DNA of 64,000 nt, from NCBI GenBank assembly GCA_951406725.2, contig OX597814.1, forward strand, positions 65,348,001 to 65,412,000. Direction: 5' to 3'. Source of the DNA: Octopus vulgaris (lineage: Eukaryota). Shown piece by piece: positions 16,438 to 30,605 of the stretch. Within the stretch, counting starts at the first letter, position 1, and every line of letters starts with the position of its first letter. The notes beneath the pieces were generated by a model. The model did not search any database. It saw only the letters and a program-made list of their open reading frames with translations, and had not been told where the DNA came from. A program made the position numbers and the translations under genes.

Positions 16438-16537
16438 ATATTTTACTATAAAATTGGATTCAATCCTAAATCTGATTTTTCCCTGTAAGTTTGGATTTAT
16501 TCCCTAATATTTTATTATATATATATATATATACATA

Positions 16538-16742
16538 TATAACGGGAAGGTTTACGAAAATAAACAAAAGACGAAGGCAGATGGAGTACAAACAAACAAA
16601 TGTATTAGTATGGCGCTCAGGAATAGAAATAGAACAAATCTTTTACGTTTCGAGCCTACGCTCTTCGACAGAAAGATAACACAGAGAAAAAACAAGGAGA
16701 GAAAAGAAAATGCGTGGAGGAGCTAACGATCTAACATGGCGA
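16538..16742 (-). mobile_element. Short (TA)n-flanked element with a decayed minimal HHR; same family as 59547-59738
   Basis: Minus 16640-16675 reads cttt CTGTCGA a gagc-gtag-gctc GAAAC GTA aaag. Aligns over about 200 bp with the 59.6-kb copy. Confidence 0.6.
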
Positions 16743-16759
16743 TATATATATATATATAT

Positions 16760-17101
16760 CACATTCACTATAACCGACCAGTCCGCCGGGCGTCCATTTG
16801 ACACCGCTGGTCACAGCACGCTCCACTCCTCTCTGGAATCTGGTTGGAATCTCGTTGAGAGAGCACATCAGCAGCGAAGTCATCAGCGAAGTCATCCGGC
16901 GTGAGGGATGTCATCTCAGAATATACATGCAGCAAGTTTAGATGGGCTGGACACGTCGCACGGCTCACCGATAATCGGTGAACGCACGCAGTTGTCGAGT
17001 GGTACCCACGCGAGCGGAAACGACCACGCGGAAGGCCTCCACGACGGTGGAGTTACGATTTCAGGAGGACGAATGGGAACACGTGGATGAGAAAGGCGCG
17101 A

Positions 17102-17105
<4 letters not shown>
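16760..17105. mobile_element. RTE-like LINE 3' fragment with an internal inversion
   Basis: Plus 16841-17105 encodes GISLREHI..SGVRDVI..KFRWAGHVAR..WYPRERKRPRGRPPRRW. Its apparent continuation lies on the minus strand at 16840-16760. Confidence 0.8.
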
Positions 17106-17134
<29 letters not shown>

Positions 17135-17138
<4 letters not shown>

Positions 17139-17341
17139 TCTTTACTCTTTTACTCGATTCAGTCACTTGACTGCGGCCATACTGGAGCACCACCTTTAGT
17201 CGAGTAAATCGAGCCCAGGACTTATTCTTTGTAAGCCTGGTACTTATCCTATCGGTCTCTTTTGCCGAATCGGTAAATTACGGGGACATAAACACACCAG
17301 CATCGGTTGTCAAGCGATGTTGGGGTGACAAACACAGACAC

Positions 17342-17407
<66 letters not shown>

Positions 17408-17567
17408 ACGACGGGCTTCTTTCAGTTTCCGTCTACTAAATCCACTCACAAGGCTTTGGTCGGCCCGAGGCTATAGTAGAAGACACCTGCCCAAAGTGCC
17501 ACGGAGTGGGACTGAACCCGGAACCATGTGGTTGGTAAGCAAGCTACTTACCACACAGCCGCTCCTG
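17135..17567 (-). mobile_element. tRNA-derived SINE family B with internal (TA)n (also about 12655-12805 +, 32255-32377 -, 41255-41640 -, 50410-50570 +, 54950-55330 -)
   Basis: Head ggctgtgtggtaagtagcttgcttaccaaccacatggttccgggttcagtccc with A/B-box-like motifs, and a shared tail. Confidence 0.85.
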
Positions 17568-17641
17568 TATATATATTGTTTATTTTTTAAATATTTTATC
17601 TAGTATCAGCTCACGAGCTGTGGCCATGCTGGGGCACCGCC

Positions 17642-17708
<67 letters not shown>

Positions 17709-17724
17709 GATATATATGTATGTA

Positions 17725-17770
<46 letters not shown>

Positions 17771-18279
17771 GCATCTGACTTTCAACCTATATGTATGTGT
17801 ATGTGTACATGTGTATGTATAAGTGCAAATAACTTTAAATGTAGGAAATAAACGTACAAAGTTGATGTTTTTTCAAAGTGCAATTTTAATTATTTCCATT
17901 TGTCTGTATTACACATTCGTTTACAACCCGCATATTATGTTTGCTATTACTGTAAACTGTTTTTTCTAAGTGTTTACATACTACCATATTTCCCCAACAC
18001 CATTACGCCCACCACCACCATACCAGCAGCAGCAACAACAGCTACATCAACTACTATTATTACTACTACTATCAACGTAATCATTATCATCATCATCTTC
18101 TTCATCATAACTAGTACCATCACCATCACCACCACCAACATCATCATCATCATCATCGTTGTCGTCGTCGTCATTACCATCATCATCATCGTCGTCGTCA
18201 TCATCATCACCATCATCATCATCATCTTCAACCTTGTTATTATTGACATTAATATTGTTGTCGATGTTGTTGCTCAGGT

Positions 18280-18830
18280 AGACAGCTGGCACGATCGTTA
18301 GGACAACGGACAAAATGCTTAGGGCATTTCTTCTTCCAGATCTTTGCTTTCTGACTTCCAATCCAACAGAGGTCGACATCGCCTTTCATCCTCTCAGTGT
18401 CGATGAAATAAGTACCAATTGAGCAATGGGGACAATGTAATCGGCTTACTCTCTTATCCGAAACTATTGCCTTGCTCAAAAATTGAAACTCATATTATAT
18501 AAAGGCGGCGAATCGTTAACACAACAGAGAAAATGCTAGCGGTATTTCGTCTGCCGCTACGTTCTGACTTCAAATTCCGGCTAGGTCGACTTTGCCTTTC
18601 ATCCTTTCGGGGTCGATAAATTAAGTACCAGTTACACACTGGGATCGATATAATCGACTTAATCCGTGTGTCTGTCCTTGTTTGTCCCCTCTGTGTTTAG
18701 CCGCTTGTGGATAGTAAAGAAATAGGTATTTCGTCTGATTTAACGTTTTGAGTTCAAATTCCGCCGAGGTCGACTTTGCCTTTTATCCCATCGAGGTCGA
18801 TAAAATAACTAATCCAAAGTTTCAGGCCAT
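18280..18830 (+). mobile_element. Tandem SINE family A copies
   Basis: aaggcggcg..gttctgagttcaaattccgccgaggtcgactttgcctttcatcc present three times. Confidence 0.85.
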
Positions 18831-18848
18831 GTGTCTATAGTAGAAAAG

Positions 18849-18942
<94 letters not shown>

Positions 18943-18945
<3 letters not shown>

Positions 18946-19870
18946 GTTTGACTTTTGCTTCATATTTGTACAAGATGACTCCAAGTCTCACCCAGAGATC
19001 TCAAGAGACAACAAGTTAGAAGTTCAAGTTGGTGTTATACCTAGGGTGTCAATCACTACACGTTTCCATTTCAGAATCGTTGCACTATAGCAACAGTCAA
19101 TATGTTGATGGCAGTCACAAGGTTCAGTGCATTGAGTTTTGACATCAAGAGAAGCTTGAGGCGTTTCAAATATACAGTAGTGACCTTGTCTTTCATTTCT
19201 CTGTAAAAGATATTGTTGAGGCTATTTGTACCCGTCAACATGTGGATCTCTCTTTCGCTTTCCATTTGGCAATTCTATGGCACTGCATTTTGTTTTCCCC
19301 CTGTTTGAAGTGACACCGAACACTTTGACTTCCCGAATTCCATTCCTAAATCCTTATCTTTACAGTTTCAACCAGCCTTTCCGTTTCCGTGAATGTTCTT
19401 GCAAATAAATTCAAATCTTCCACAAAGAGAGGGTGGCTGGGACGAGGTCTATTCTTCCTCAGCCCACAGTGCGCATTGACTTTACTTAGAACAACAGAAA
19501 GTGGGATCAAAGTCATAACAAATAACAAAGATGAGCAAGAATCTCTTTGGAAGATTGTTACCTCGGCTGAGTGCTGGTTGTTACAGAAAAGACGTGTTTT
19601 CCAACTAAGCATGCTGTTCTTGATTGGAGCATGCACATTCCCAGCTACTTCACTCCTGTGGAGTATTTCGATAATTCACGAATGTAGTAACACGTGATAA
19701 GCCTTTTTAAAATCTATGAAGGCTGTGCACAAGGATTTTGGCACCATTTGCAGTTCTTCATTTGCAGTACTTCATTGCCTATCACAAGGTGGTCCTTAAT
19801 GCCCTTGAATGTTTTCCGACCTCCCTTCTGTTGTGCTGGAAATAGATTATGATTGGTGTAAGAGATGTAG
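18943..19870 (-). mobile_element. Dong/R4-like 3' UTR (18943-19050) plus an adjacent decayed RT fragment
   Basis: 18943-19050 is the reverse complement of the 3' UTR at 46630-46726 and 50280-50382, next to (TTA)n. ORFs include IFQRDSCSSLLF, LFVEDLNLF and SKLNALNLVTAIN. Confidence 0.75.
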
Positions 19871-21252
19871 AAATATAAGAATAAGACGATGATACGAAGT
19901 GAGACGGAGGTGTTGCATCACTCAACTAGTCATACGCTTACACAGGCCATTGCGGGAAGCGGGATAGCAAACAGATAAGACCAATGTTATATGGTCTCCG
20001 TAAACGCTGAAGACATAAGCGATATCATTAAGTCTGTTCCCTATTGTGAGCGCTGAATGAAAACCAATATGACTGAGGATATCTAGAGAAAGGCCAGCCT
20101 CGATTAACGTGGTAGTAAGGACCACTTGAGGGAGTTTTTTTCTTAAGAGACCAGCGGCGTAGAAGTATCAACAGCAATCTCCAAAAACTGCCGTTTCCAG
20201 AGATACATCGCTCGTAGTCCGGCCGTTACCCGAAAAATTTGCCTCTGCCTATCGATGGAGATGAAATCTCCGTTTCCCCTCTATGGCCATAACGCTGTTG
20301 GACCATCTATCGTCTTCCGACATTGGACAGGGAGGAGAGTGTAGACGAGTGTGGATATATGTAGGGAGAGCAAAACAAAAACTAAAAATATTTGTATTTA
20401 TCAAATTTTATGGGTTTACGAACTTTTGATATATTGTGTAAAGTTATGGCTCTACTCTTAGATTTTATTTAACAGTATCTGTACATCAACTCTCGTATGT
20501 AAAACATTACAATAACTGAAAGCATTGTTATTATTGCGGTTGCTGTTGCTGTTGTTGTTGTTGTTGCTATTGTTGATTTTGCCGCGGCTGTTGCTGCTGC
20601 TGTTGTGGTTGGTTTCAATTTAGTTGAAGTGAAGGGAATTGTTTTCAGACCTCACCGACTAGCTTGGATTCTTACCAAGTATTACTAGATAAAGATTTCC
20701 ATTAGGTTTATATTTATATATTTCTTTAATTTTATTACTTTGTGAACAGGGACTGGAAGTTTGCTGATGTCTGCCCCTCATAAAGAATTTCTCTCATAGA
20801 ATCAGAATTTTTCTTACTTTTTACTATTTAAAAATCTGCTTCACTTTCCGATAATTTGTTTTTATGTATATGAAAATTATATCTATTTTACTGATGGGCG
20901 TATCTATTGTTACTTCTATTTAGTACAATTTCTCATTCTTTTCGGGAGAAAAGTCTATACTATGATTAAATTTAGTATAGCTTTTTCTCACTAGAGAAAT
21001 GAGAAATTATGCTATTAAAATGGAAGTAATAGTAGATATGTCCCGCCCGTCCCACACTAGTAAAATGGATCTAATTGTCATATGCATAAGAACAAATTAT
21101 CGGAAAGTGAAACACAATGTTAAATAGCAAAAAGTAAAAATAAAAATGAAAGAGACAGACAACACCAAGCTCACATGATCACACTTTGACACCTCAAAAG
21201 GCAAAGGAGACAACTATAGTAGTAACAAAACATTTTGTGAGATGCAATAATA

Positions 21253-21286
<34 letters not shown>

Positions 21287-21339
21287 GGATGATGGTGGTG
21301 GTGGTGGTGGTGGTGGTGGTGATGATAATGATGATGATG

Positions 21340-23620
21340 CTGGAAAAATACACTTCAAGCAAAACGGATTGTTTGAAGCTAATCAGAACTTGTTTCAGGA
21401 ACTAGATGGCCAAATACACGTAACAATTATACCAGAAGCAGAGGAAATCAAGGCATTCTGGAGAGGGATCTGGGACCAACGTGTAGGGCTTAATGATGTA
21501 ATGGAAATCCAAGAGTTCCATGAAAGGATAGCACAACAGCTAGATGAGTGCTTGAAGGAAGGTGCAGTACTTAGTTGGATGACAAAGGGGAAATTGTTAT
21601 GTGCCAAGGATCCTAAAAAGAGAAATGTTGCATCCAACTTTCGACCGATAATGCGTCTTCCGCTAATGTGGAAACTAATGTCAGGTGCTTTGTCTGTTAA
21701 ACTGTACATATACTTGGAAAAAAATGGGCTGCCACCCACCGAACAGAAATAGTGTTTAAAATGAAGTGGGGTACGGAGGATCAATTCTAAATTAATAATC
21801 TAATTATGAGGGACTGTAAGAGAAAACAAACAAACCTGAGCATGGCATGGGTTCACTGTCGCAAAGCATACGATATTATACCACACTCTTGGATAATAAG
21901 AACAATGGAAATGTATAGATTAGCAGAGAATATGAGAAGCCTTATATGAAATAGCATGAAATACTGGAGAACGGAATAGATAGCAGGGAAACAAGTACTA
22001 GGAAAGGCGAAAATCATGAGAGGAATCTTCCAGGGAGACAGTGTATCCCTACTGATATTCGTGCTGGGAATGATCCTTTTGAGTGAAATACTACATAAAA
22101 CAAAGTTGGTGTATGATTTGGGAAGAGGTAAGGGGAAAACACTATTTGCTATTCACGGATGACTGGAAGCTATTCACAAAAACTGAGGCAGAACTGGACA
22201 GCCTAGCCCAGTCTGTGCGGATTTCCTCCAATGATATTAAGATGGCGTTTGGACTGTTAAAATATTCTACGATGGTGATGAGACGAGGAAAGATTGCTAG
22301 GACAGAAGGCATATAGTTGCCAACAGGTGAAATGATGAAGGCAATTCAACCTCATTCCAGCTATAAATACCTAGGAATACTTGAGGCAGAGAGAATCAAA
22401 CACCACGACATGGTGTATGCATTTGAAACTAGAGAGTATCTGCGACGAATGAGAAAAAATATTGGCTTCAAAGCCGAATGCCAAAAGCATAATTTTGGCA
22501 ATAAACTCGCGCGCAGTCGCAGCAGATAGGTATGAGTTAGCTATGGTGTTGGAATCATGAAGTGGACAGAGGAGGAGTTAAAGGAGAGGGACAAGAAGTC
22601 AAGAAAGCTCCTTCATAGGGCCCATCATCCACATGCAAATACTGATCGCCTATACATGAGGAGAGCAAATAGAGGAAGAGGACTGATAAATGTGGTAGAC
22701 AGCGCGCATATTGAACTCGAGAGCTTAATGAGATACCTAACCAAATGAAAAGAAATCTTGCTGGTGACAATTCGAAACGAGGCAGTAAATAGAGCAGAGA
22801 AAAAGGGAAAACAAAAGAAGAACAAAATGACATGATGAAGAAGGGACTACACAATCAATTCCAAGTAGTCACAACAGGATTTGCTGGAAAAAATACATGG
22901 GATTAGCTGATGGGGGAAACCCTAGAAAAAAAGACCGAGAGCACTATACTGGCGGATTACCCTGAGGAATAAGTAAATGTCTCCTCTGTGCTGCATCTGC
23001 AATAGAGAGGATGAAACCATTACACATGTCACGAACGAATACCCTAGACTTGCCGAAAACGTTGTGGCAACACGACCAGGTAGCGAAAGTTCTACATTGG
23101 AAACTGTTAAAAGACAGAAGCAAGACGTGGTTTGAGCACAAACCGCAGAGAGAGGCAGAGTCGGAGACTAGCAAAATCCTCTGGGATTTCCCAAGCCAAA
23201 CAGATTAGGTGGTAGAGCATAACAGACCAGACCTAGTGGTGGACAAGGTACATCACATATGCTATATAGTTGACGTTGCATGACAATTTGACCATCGAAT
23301 AATCAAGAAGGAAGGCGAAAAGATAGATAGATACAACCCACTTCAGTACGAAATAGCCCGGCTATAGAAAATGAAGAAGGTGAAGATATTGCTAATTGTT
23401 GTTGGATCCTTGGAACAGTATCAGAAGGCATCAAGAGGAATATAAAGGAAATTGGAACAGAGTGCTCAGTAGAACGGTCACAGAAAGTCTGCCTCCTTGG
23501 CACGGCCAGAATAATCAGACACGTATTAGATACCTGAAAAGAACGGATAGCATGGTAGCGTAGGATGCAGGTAGTAAGCCCTGCACGCATGTAAAACTCT
23601 AGGAGCTTCAACAAAACCTG
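21340..23620 (+). pseudogene. Decayed Dong/R4-like RT + REL endonuclease
   Basis: Broken frames: NFRPIMRLPLMWK, RGIFQGDS, LLFTDDWKL, YKYLGI, RLYM..RGRGL, LWDF..QTD, NRPDLVV, LLGTARII. Confidence 0.88.
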
Positions 23621-23644
23621 TGATGATGATGATGATAATAAAAT

Positions 23645-25290
23645 AATACCTCTTGTTCTGGTGCTAAGTTCATTGTTTTGATAACCCTTTTCTCAGGTTG
23701 TTCCTTCGCGGACCATATTTCTTTCCAATATTCTTCCACTTCTGCTATTGGTGCGGCACTGATGTCTATTTTATTTTTGCCAAGTTCTTGGTAGAATCTT
23801 TAGGGGTTGGAGTTGAACTATTTGTTTTGTGCAAAGAAACGTTGGCGTTTCTCATACCGGCGGATCCTTTGTGCGTTGGCAAGGATATCTCTCTTTAGTG
23901 GTTCTTTTACCTGAGGTAAACCTTTTTCTGTAATGTATTTGCACAGTATTTTTATTCTCTTCTTGTTGCTTAGTAGTGTTAAGTGTGTACTAGTTTCGTT
24001 AAGGATTTTTTCTCTTGTTTTCAATTTTTTTTCTAGATATTATTTATCGACAAGGTTTGTTTGCGTGTTGGTTGTCCTGTTTGGATGGGTTTGAGGAAGT
24101 ATCCAGCTTCCTTTGTAGCTAAAGTGGCTGCTGCATATATTATGTCACTTAGCTCGGTAATATTGACATTCGTTTCTGCGGCTACTAGTTCTGTGTTGGC
24201 CAGCTTCATGCTATTCATTATTGATGTTGTTTTATTATCTATTTTGATCTTTGGTAGGTTTAATCGGTGGTCCATACTGAGATCTGTGGCTTTCAGTTCT
24301 TTGACTGTGCTCATTTCCTGAGTATCATAATCATTCGGTTCCCCTTCAATGTTTCCAGGTTTTAGATTTGTTTCTCTTTCCTTCCCGTTCATATGTTTGT
24401 CTGTGTTGTTCTTGTTTGGTGCATTTTGCTCGTCATTATACATTCCTACGGTCTGGGTTTGTTGTCTTTTGTTGTTTACTTCCCTTTTGTTGGATATGTT
24501 ACTTCTGTCTTCGTAGTTTAGAGTTCCAATGCTTATGGTATTATTTGGCATTGCTCTGTGGTTACAATCTACATTTTCCTGATATATTTTTCTTTTAAGT
24601 GTTCTATTTCTATTTCTGATGTTATTTTTCTTGAGAATATATCTTCGTATGTTAGCTAGTTTATTAGGGTTCATTGCTGCACCAAAGTCTTCATTTAGGT
24701 TACGTTTCTTCGAGGTTTTATATGCAAGTGTTGTGGTGTTTTCGTTCTTTGAGTAGAGCACTACTGTAAAATAAGCGTGTAGGACTGAAATATATTCCTC
24801 ACGTGTCCATTTATGCTGTTTTGATTTTATTTACGGGGCACGAGGAAAAACGCCCGGCCCTTTATTTTGATGGTCGTTTTCGTAGGGTACCGGTCCGTTC
24901 ATTTCTGGTATTATATTGTTTTGCATGTGTAGTTTTTCGTACTTTTTCTGTAGCAAGTTCAAAGTATGTACTTCCCGAATGTTATTCTTGGGTTGAATAA
25001 TACCGGTATTATTTAAATTAGTTGTAATTTTTTTGTACATGATGTTTGGGGACGGAGATGGTCTTGTGTTGATGGGGTCGTAATGTGACGAGCGTGTGTA
25101 TATGTGTTGAGCGAGTAGCTCATTTGAATGAGTATTACTTACTCGGATATAGTCCAACACTTCGTCAGCTATTTTTTGGGCTCCGTGCGATGTCTTTATT
25201 CCCAATGGTTTGGATAGACATCGGAGCAGTGTTTTATAGCTCTCACACGTAAAACGTCCCCGTGTCTTCTCATATTTCAAATGTCCCCGG
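23645..25290 (-). pseudogene. 5' part of a Dong/R4-like ORF
   Basis: NKLANIRRYILK, IIYAAATL and AQRIRRYEKRQRFFAQNK..PKRFY resemble the pre-RT region of this clade. Bounded by TAA-type repeats. Confidence 0.7.
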
Positions 25291-25878
25291 TGTCTTATTA
25301 TTATTATTATTAGTATTATTTTTGTTGTTGTTGTTGTTGTTATTATTATTATTATCATTATTATTATTTACTTTTAATCTATATGTTTGTTACAATCACT
25401 CAGCAAGACACACCAGGCGTTCTAGAGCGAATGAAGGATAAGAGATGTAACAATATGACTGAAACAACGAGATCATTTTTATTGACGAAGATCGCCGCCC
25501 TTTGTATCCTTCACATATCCAACGGCCTTCGCATATTGAACATCGTTTGACACTCAATGAGGGGCTAATGGATGGTCTGAACAAACTGTGCGAATCAGTT
25601 TAATTTATTATGCACTTTCTACGAATATGAGTCTTTGTGCCAATATGACCGTCACTTACTACAACAAAAAGTAGTAGAATATTGGCAGAAAATGTAGTAT
25701 ATCACAAAATTGAATGACAGCGACTTCTAAGTTCAGTTACATCAGGAATCAATATAACTATTATTTCTTCTCTGATCGATAAAATAGGTTCCAATCAATT
25801 ATTATCCTCTAGTCGATTGACTACGCCCGACATATGCAATTATTAGACTTTATTGCTTTTTCTTAGTTTCTTCTGTTT

Positions 25879-25909
<31 letters not shown>

Positions 25910-25910
25910 A

Positions 25911-25980
<70 letters not shown>

Positions 25981-26339
25981 GACTACATTAGTTGCTAATG
26001 GTGCTGCTCTTGTTCTAGGCGTTGTTGTTTCAATTGGTGTTGTTGTTCTAAAGCGTTATTTTATGAGGTACTAAACAGAGAAGAATTGGTATTATTTTAT
26101 CTACTCAACCGAAAATGTTTCTTTTCGTGCGTTCTGTGTTGCTTATTAGTCAGACATTTTCTTGTTAGTTAGCTCTTCAACACGACCATGGAGAATAACT
26201 TAATTGAATCTTGTTAGTCTTATTTATTTCTGTGTATTTTAACGTCTTGTATCGTTTGTACCAATTATGGCTTCCTTTCATAGACCAACCACATTCACGC
26301 GCATACATAGCTAAGTATACATACACCTATGGATATATA

Positions 26340-26387
<48 letters not shown>

Positions 26388-26400
26388 AATACATATATAC

Positions 26401-26463
<63 letters not shown>

Positions 26464-26489
26464 GATACATACACATATACACACATACA

Positions 26490-26527
<38 letters not shown>

Positions 26528-27010
26528 GGTACGCAAACACAACCGTTCTTCTTGTGAACATCTAGCCAATTATTACTTATTCAAGTGTTTGTTTTATTTC
26601 AATACCTATGATTACATTGGAAGCAATAATATTATGATCAAAAATGGCCTCTAAACTAACTACATAGTTACAAGATTTAGAACAAATCCAACGACAATAG
26701 GCGGGAAAGTGAGAAACAAGAAATCAAAACATAACAGGACTGTAGGAGTATATCAAAACATAATTATCACTAAAAACACCTATTACGCGAGGGCCTCGGA
26801 GATTTTGCCAGGCCTTGAATTTTAAAGTAATCATCAATAAGACAGACTACTTTTGTTTTATTTTATATTACGATGGTATATTTTCAAACATATTAGTTAG
26901 AACGTTGTTATTGGTGTTGTCTAACACAGGTCAGTGCCTGAACACACACATATGATGAAAGTGGTTCAAGTGGATACCAGGTTGTGTGTGTATTCACACA
27001 CACACATACA

Positions 27011-27060
<50 letters not shown>

Positions 27061-27350
27061 AACACACACATTCGAAGTTCACAGATGAGCTCCAGAGAAT
27101 CTCATAGAAGACAGTAATGTTCAAAAGATTCAAACTTAGACGCAAATATCTTTACAAGAGATCGATTCCACAAGGTAAAGTGTAACTATAGGAGGGATCA
27201 AGTTGAACGGATTTAGAGGTAATTATGCGGCTAAACAAATTAGATATAGTAAATATAATAGTTTGGGTATGAAATACAAATCATGTACACGCAGACTACT
27301 ATATTCAAAATTGCCCCTCTCTCGCTCCCTTTCTCTCTCTCTCTCTCTGT

Positions 27351-27382
<32 letters not shown>

Positions 27383-27386
27383 ACAT

Positions 27387-27418
<32 letters not shown>

Positions 27419-27486
27419 TGATAGAAATGGCAAGACAACAAAAGAATGAAAGAGACCTCGATATTATGTAAACAGAGGAGTTTATC

Positions 27487-27690
27487 TGTAAATATAATGT
27501 GACAATTATTCGGTAGCCATGATAAAAACTCCGGTTATAACTTCAGTTATCGGGCCATCGAAAAAAATGTTATAGCACTTTTTTCGATGGTCCGATAACT
27601 GAAGAGATGCCGGCGTGGGTTTCCGCCCCGACATCCTAAACTCGGAGTTTTATCATGGCTACCGAATAATTGTCACATATTATATTTACA
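27487..27690. repeat. Nested foldback containing a mutated HHR (27594-27654, +)
   Basis: Outer inverted repeat 27487-27532/27644-27690 and inner 27541-27566/27579-27604. HHR reads gataa CTGAAGA gatgccgg..ccgacatc c TAAAC tcgga GTT ttatc (G12>T). Confidence 0.75.
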
Positions 27691-27719
27691 CACACACACA
27701 CACGCGCACACACACACAC

Positions 27720-27759
<40 letters not shown>

Positions 27760-28273
27760 ACACACACATATATATATATATATATCATGTATGTATACAT
27801 ATTCAGGTTTGTAAACGAATGTTTACTTTTTCTTTTTGGGATGGTTTAAATCAGTCGATTTGTAAGAGATTTTGCTGCTACTCATGAATTTATAGAGCTA
27901 TGCACAATTCTATTGTTGACTCGAGATGTTGATCAGCTCAATTCAGCCCTCTTAGACAAAAATATGTTACCACTTATGGTCATCCAAACGTTTTTATATC
28001 ACCTGATTCCGTGTGCTGTCGCTCCTTATTATTAGATAGCAGGCGTGACTTGACTTCATTCATCTGCTATTTTTAGCAAGTGTGACACCGTTGCTTCATT
28101 GTCAAGAGTCTTATGATAAAATATTCACAATTAATAAATGTAGCCATCAGAAATTTACTTAAATATCTTTTACCCTTAGTGGTAAGATTGCGATCATGCT
28201 GAGGCACGGCCTTCAACAATTTTAGTCGAACGGGGATGTAAATACACCAACACCAGTTTTCAATTACACACAC

Positions 28274-28317
<44 letters not shown>

Positions 28318-28328
28318 ATATATATATA

Positions 28329-28397
<69 letters not shown>

Positions 28398-28582
28398 GGA
28401 CAGGGATCAAAACAGTTTGATTCAAATTCATTGCTACGCCGAGTTTCAAGTGGGATGCCAATCCTCAGCTACTGGAACTCGAAGTACCAAAGAATTTGAA
28501 TCACACTGTTTTGATCGATGCATGTAACTCCCAATAAATGTGTTGAGTGCCCTTCTCTTGTTTTCCCACTCACTCATGTATG

Positions 28583-28614
<32 letters not shown>

Positions 28615-30337
28615 AACTATGGTATATTCCTATAAATACATAGATGTAGCTCTAGTGTTGAAGTGATTCGAAACGACAACACCAGTATCGAGAGTCCAAC
28701 ATATCTTTCAGTGATTGCTGTGGAAATGAAAATATAGAAATAAAACCTGAATATTGATATAACCTTATATGCTGTTGCGATCAATTAAATTATTTATGGT
28801 AATTAGCAAAAATATGATAACATTATAAATAAGATTAAAATCAAAATCCAACGATGTTGGAGGAAATTATGTTTTTGTAACCTTACTAATCATCAAGCAA
28901 AACAAAACGAAAAACGATAAAATGCTAGGAAAGATGAAACTACAAATCTATTTAAATAACATTCCGCGAATAAATATTTTTAATTTGATATTTTTCAACC
29001 TTAGGCTAATAGCTAATGGCATCAAAACAGGGCTTTTTGTGGCTGAAGAAAAAAGAAACAAAGAAATCCGAAAAGAAGTAGCCTCAGAGAACATTATTGA
29101 TTTTCTCACTCAAGAATTTTAAAATATTTTTGTTTATTTCGCATGGCATTTACATAAAACGATTTAACTTGGTTGCTTGCAAAACAGATTAAAGACATAT
29201 AAGACTGTGTATATGCACATGTTTATTTACATATATCATCAAATCTCCGTCACCGCCAGCGACACATACTTGTTAACTTGAAAACTATTTGGAAACATAG
29301 TATTGAGTTTTAATGAGTCTGTCATTCAGATTATGTGCGTTTGTTAAATAATTCTATATTGTTGTTGATGTTGATGAATATTTAAGGTTAGGGATACTTT
29401 TTTTATGCAATCTTTCAATGAAAACTTGCATTACTCTAGCTTTAATATGTGTCCTTTATCATTAACATATAAAAATAATTTATCTAAATGCTTCGATCAT
29501 GTATTTACACTTTCCTTCTTCGGTTGATGTTTAGAAAATATTCTATAATCTAAGCCATAGAACTTATCTAAAAATAATAGTTTTGAGCCAAAGTTACCAT
29601 TGATTTCGCACCTACAAAGCACAGTATAAGCGACTCGTCAGTTTCAAATGGCTGAAGGCACGTAACTTCTCTACAACAGGAGGAAGAAATTATGTAACAG
29701 TGAGTTGGTTTTGTAAGCAAAAAATAATTGCCCCTGTTGCAAGCTGAACGAGGTTAGCGGGACGGGGTTATTACCCTTACATTGGCCCCGGTTATGGTGA
29801 TATTCGAAAGAGCAGTAGCGAGACTATTCAACGAATGGAGAATAGCAAGTCTGAAGTAGGAAACGTTTTAGATGACGGCATTGATTGAATTCATCGTTCG
29901 TGGAGTTTAGAAAGGGCCTTGAGTTGAAGGATTTTTTTTAGGATTCTTGCCCTCACACCGAAACAAAGATTGAGCAAACGATGTAAGAAGGTAGAGAAAA
30001 GTGTAGAAATTTATTCAGTTCATGCAACTCAAAAATGTACTCCACCCTTCATGATACAAGTTCTATTTTTCATAAACCGAGTTAAACCCAGTGGAGGATT
30101 ATCCACACTAACCTTATCGTGTTTCTAAAAGAAAAAAAGTAGAAAAAAATGTTAAATATACACTGCATGTATTTAACACTAAGGAAAGGTGTAGAGAATC
30201 TGTTTTAATAACAAATCTCTCAGTGATATCACCATTGTTTGTGCATGTAGTGTAGTGAATGTGTTTATGTTAAAGAGAACTAATAAGAGTAGATGCCGTA
30301 GCTGTTGACAATATCGCGTCATATTGTTGACAAAGTG

Positions 30338-30605
30338 AAGGCGCGTGGCTAACTGGTTAGGGGCATAAGTTCATGATCGTAAAGCCGTAAGCACGATTCC
30401 CGGTGGTGGGTTGCTTGAGTCCCTTCAGCTGGAAAAATGAGTTGTGCCTGTATTTCGAAAAGCTAGCTTACACACTGTGACACACTGAATCTCCTTGAGA
30501 ACTATGTTAAGAGTACGCGTATTTGTAGGGTGTTCAGCGACTTGCACGTTAATTTTACGAGCAGGCTGTTACGTTGATCGGATCAACTGGAACCGTCATC
30601 GTCGT
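30338..30605 (+). mobile_element. Probable third SINE family
   Basis: tRNA-like head ggcgcgtggctaactggttagg..cgattcccgg. Confidence 0.5.

Noticed and set aside
17500-17567. tRNA gene
   Set aside because: tRNA-like SINE head with no complete cloverleaf.
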